This document shows, one piece after another, positions 62,490-64,000 of a stretch of 64,000 nt of DNA. The DNA is from a bacterium. Lineage in GTDB: Bacteria; Lernaellota; Lernaellaia; Lernaellales; Lernaellaceae. The translations under genes and the position numbers were made by a program. Every line of letters begins with the position of its first letter. The stretch's first letter is position 1. The notes beneath the pieces were generated by a model. That model searched no databases. It had not been told where the DNA came from and saw only the letters and a program-made list of their open reading frames with translations. The stretch lies in the NCBI GenBank assembly GCA_036725605.1, contig DAIMDW010000021.1:28044-92043 (forward strand). Reading direction: 5' to 3'.

Positions 62490-63878
62490 TCAAAATTCCG
62501 GCTCCCAGGCGCAATCTACCCAGCGCTCATCATAGCGTTTCGCAAAGTCATTCATCTCGCGGATGTTGGCTGCAGGTTCGCGGCAAGCCCGGGCGCAGGT
62601 GGAAGCGACATCCCGATAGAACTCCGGATCGACAGGCTTGATGCCATCATAATTCATAAGCAGGTCTGGGACACGCTCTGTGATTTTTACTCCGCGAGGG
62701 GCCATCAAAATGCTTGGTTGTTCTCCGTACGTATTGATAATTATGTATCGCCAGCTTGGATCTGCTGTCCCCTGACTAGGGATGATCTCAAACGGGTTTG
62801 CATCTCCGCCGTGCGAAAGGTGTTCATAGGATTCCTCAAGGGCTTTGGGGGTGCGGGCAATCAGGACACAAGGCCCGGCCGCTATATAGCTGCACCTTCT
62901 TTCGTCGTATTCGATGCCCAGCAACGCTTCAAGATCAAAACGTACAGACCTGTCCAGAGGAGCCTTTCCAGAGGTGAACCATTGGATATCCCGCAAGGTG
63001 ATTCCTAAGCATTTGGAAATCTCAACAGGCGGATTGGGCCAGCACGCAATGAGGCTTTTGGCGATCTCGGCTACGTTATCATAGCAACCATCGCCCCAGA
63101 TATCCTCATCGTCGTCAGTCTCCTCCGGTACATTTTCTCCTGTTAGCAACCAACTATTGTCGGAGTTGAAATGGCGGGGTGGATTAGGAGGGAGGGATGA
63201 TTCCCAGGATGACAGCCACGGCCCCGGCTCCCAGTCCAGTCCATCAATCAACGTTGGCACCGGCTTCCGTATCGGTAAATTCATCCAATGTTGGATTCTT
63301 TCTTCGATCTCGCGCCTATTTCCGCATCCGTGACCAATTTTAATACGAATATCATGGTCATTCTGAGCGTCCCGGCAAAGAGTCTGGATAGACTCGGATA
63401 AGGACAGGTCTTTTTTATCCTGTTTTTCCAGAAAATTACCAAGAAAACACTTAGTGGAATCCTGTGCCGATCGAAGGGAAGCGGGAAGAGATTTCTCATT
63501 GGCATCAGCCACCTCAACCTGGACTTTCAATTTTTCCATGTGCTTAGTCAGGTCTGGACTGGCCAAAGCTAGGTGGCGGTTGATTTGCAAGACGTCCGGC
63601 AGACCACGCAAGGCCTCGCCATGATGCCAGGCTTCTAGAAGTACATCTCGGAAGGCTCTAGGCCGGTCGACTGGAGTAAATGTCATCCACCGAATGGGCA
63701 GACCGGCAACGGTCAACCCATAAAGAATTAGGGGGCTGAGCCCATACCGCTTTGCGTCATTAATCTTTATCGGGTCTTGCACTGTTACAATGCCACGCTC
63801 TGGATGGTGGAAAAGGAACTTGGCAATCGCAACGTAAAAATGATGCACTCTTATTAATGGCAACGTTGGTTTATTCAT
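62490..63878 (-). CDS. Hypothetical protein (ICE-associated type), lower GC
   Basis: 462-aa ORF with protein-like composition; function not recognised. Confidence 0.65.
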   Translation of the reverse strand: MNKPTLPLIRVHHFYVAIAKFLFHHPERGIVTVQDPIKINDAKRYGLSPLILYGLTVAGLPIRWMTFTPVDRPRAFRDVLLEAWHHGEALRGLPDVLQINRHLALASPDLTKHMEKLKVQVEVADANEKSLPASLRSAQDSTKCFLGNFLEKQDKKDLSLSESIQTLCRDAQNDHDIRIKIGHGCGNRREIEERIQHWMNLPIRKPVPTLIDGLDWEPGPWLSSWESSLPPNPPRHFNSDNSWLLTGENVPEETDDDEDIWGDGCYDNVAEIAKSLIACWPNPPVEISKCLGITLRDIQWFTSGKAPLDRSVRFDLEALLGIEYDERRCSYIAAGPCVLIARTPKALEESYEHLSHGGDANPFEIIPSQGTADPSWRYIIINTYGEQPSILMAPRGVKITERVPDLLMNYDGIKPVDPEFYRDVASTCARACREPAANIREMNDFAKRYDERWVDCAWEPEF

Positions 63879-64000
63879 GATCTACCCAATAAAACGAATC
63901 ATCCATCCGAACCTTTGACCTCCGGTTCAGGCAAGCGTACCTCGCGTGAAGTCTCGGTGAGCGACCACTGGATTGGGCAAATCCGGCGGTCCAAAGCATA

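Larger units (their letters stand above)
18120..64000. mobile_element. Composite integrative island (nested satellite-like units, serine recombinase module, TA and defence-type cargo); right end not seen
   Basis: Abrupt switch from B12 operon to element genes at a truncated CDS; two Tyr recombinases, one large Ser recombinase, three primase-domain genes. Confidence 0.8.

Noticed and set aside
62203-62535. 110-aa plus-strand ORF
   Set aside because: TTG/weak start, no motifs, convergent overlap with 62490; likely non-coding element DNA
18120-64000. Complete prophage or conjugative ICE
   Set aside because: No capsid, portal, TerL, tail, relaxase or T4SS genes recognised in the window

Overview
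The window has two parts. (1) 1-18.1 kb is host chromosome of a Gram-negative bacterium, probably a Deltaproteobacteria-like lineage (inferred from its poly-Asp lipoproteins). It carries a multiheme cytochrome; a metal-chelate ABC operon with TrmO and a methyltransferase behind a palindromic operator; and a cobalamin-riboswitch-controlled B12 uptake operon (surface proteins, beta-propeller, btuB, btuF, btuD, btuC) whose last gene is cut off at about 18,120. (2) 18.1-64 kb is a composite mobile island with no capsid or conjugation genes. It holds two homologous satellite-like units in opposite orientation (A about 24.5-40.5 kb, B about 43.2-51.1 kb; each has an AEP primase-helicase, a Xer-like integrase, an HGGxSTG/TerS-like gene, a Mor-like regulator and small genes), a DUF2924-large serine recombinase module, two toxin-antitoxin pairs, a DNA-ligase-AAA fusion cluster and a TOTE primase-helicase. 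The standout signal is in unit A: a lone RAMP/Cas7-like gene (37013-37591) flanked on the same strand by four arrays of 17-22 in-phase pentamers (variable NN + constant G-[G/A]-A), at least two ending in a hairpin. One array is hidden in the tail of the upstream ERCC4 ORF. This looks like a non-CRISPR RNA-guided system with a gapped 2-of-5 code. It resembles my recollection of VIPR-type systems (unverified here) but has a GRA rather than GGY constant triplet. All product names come from motif recognition by eye; no database searches were run.
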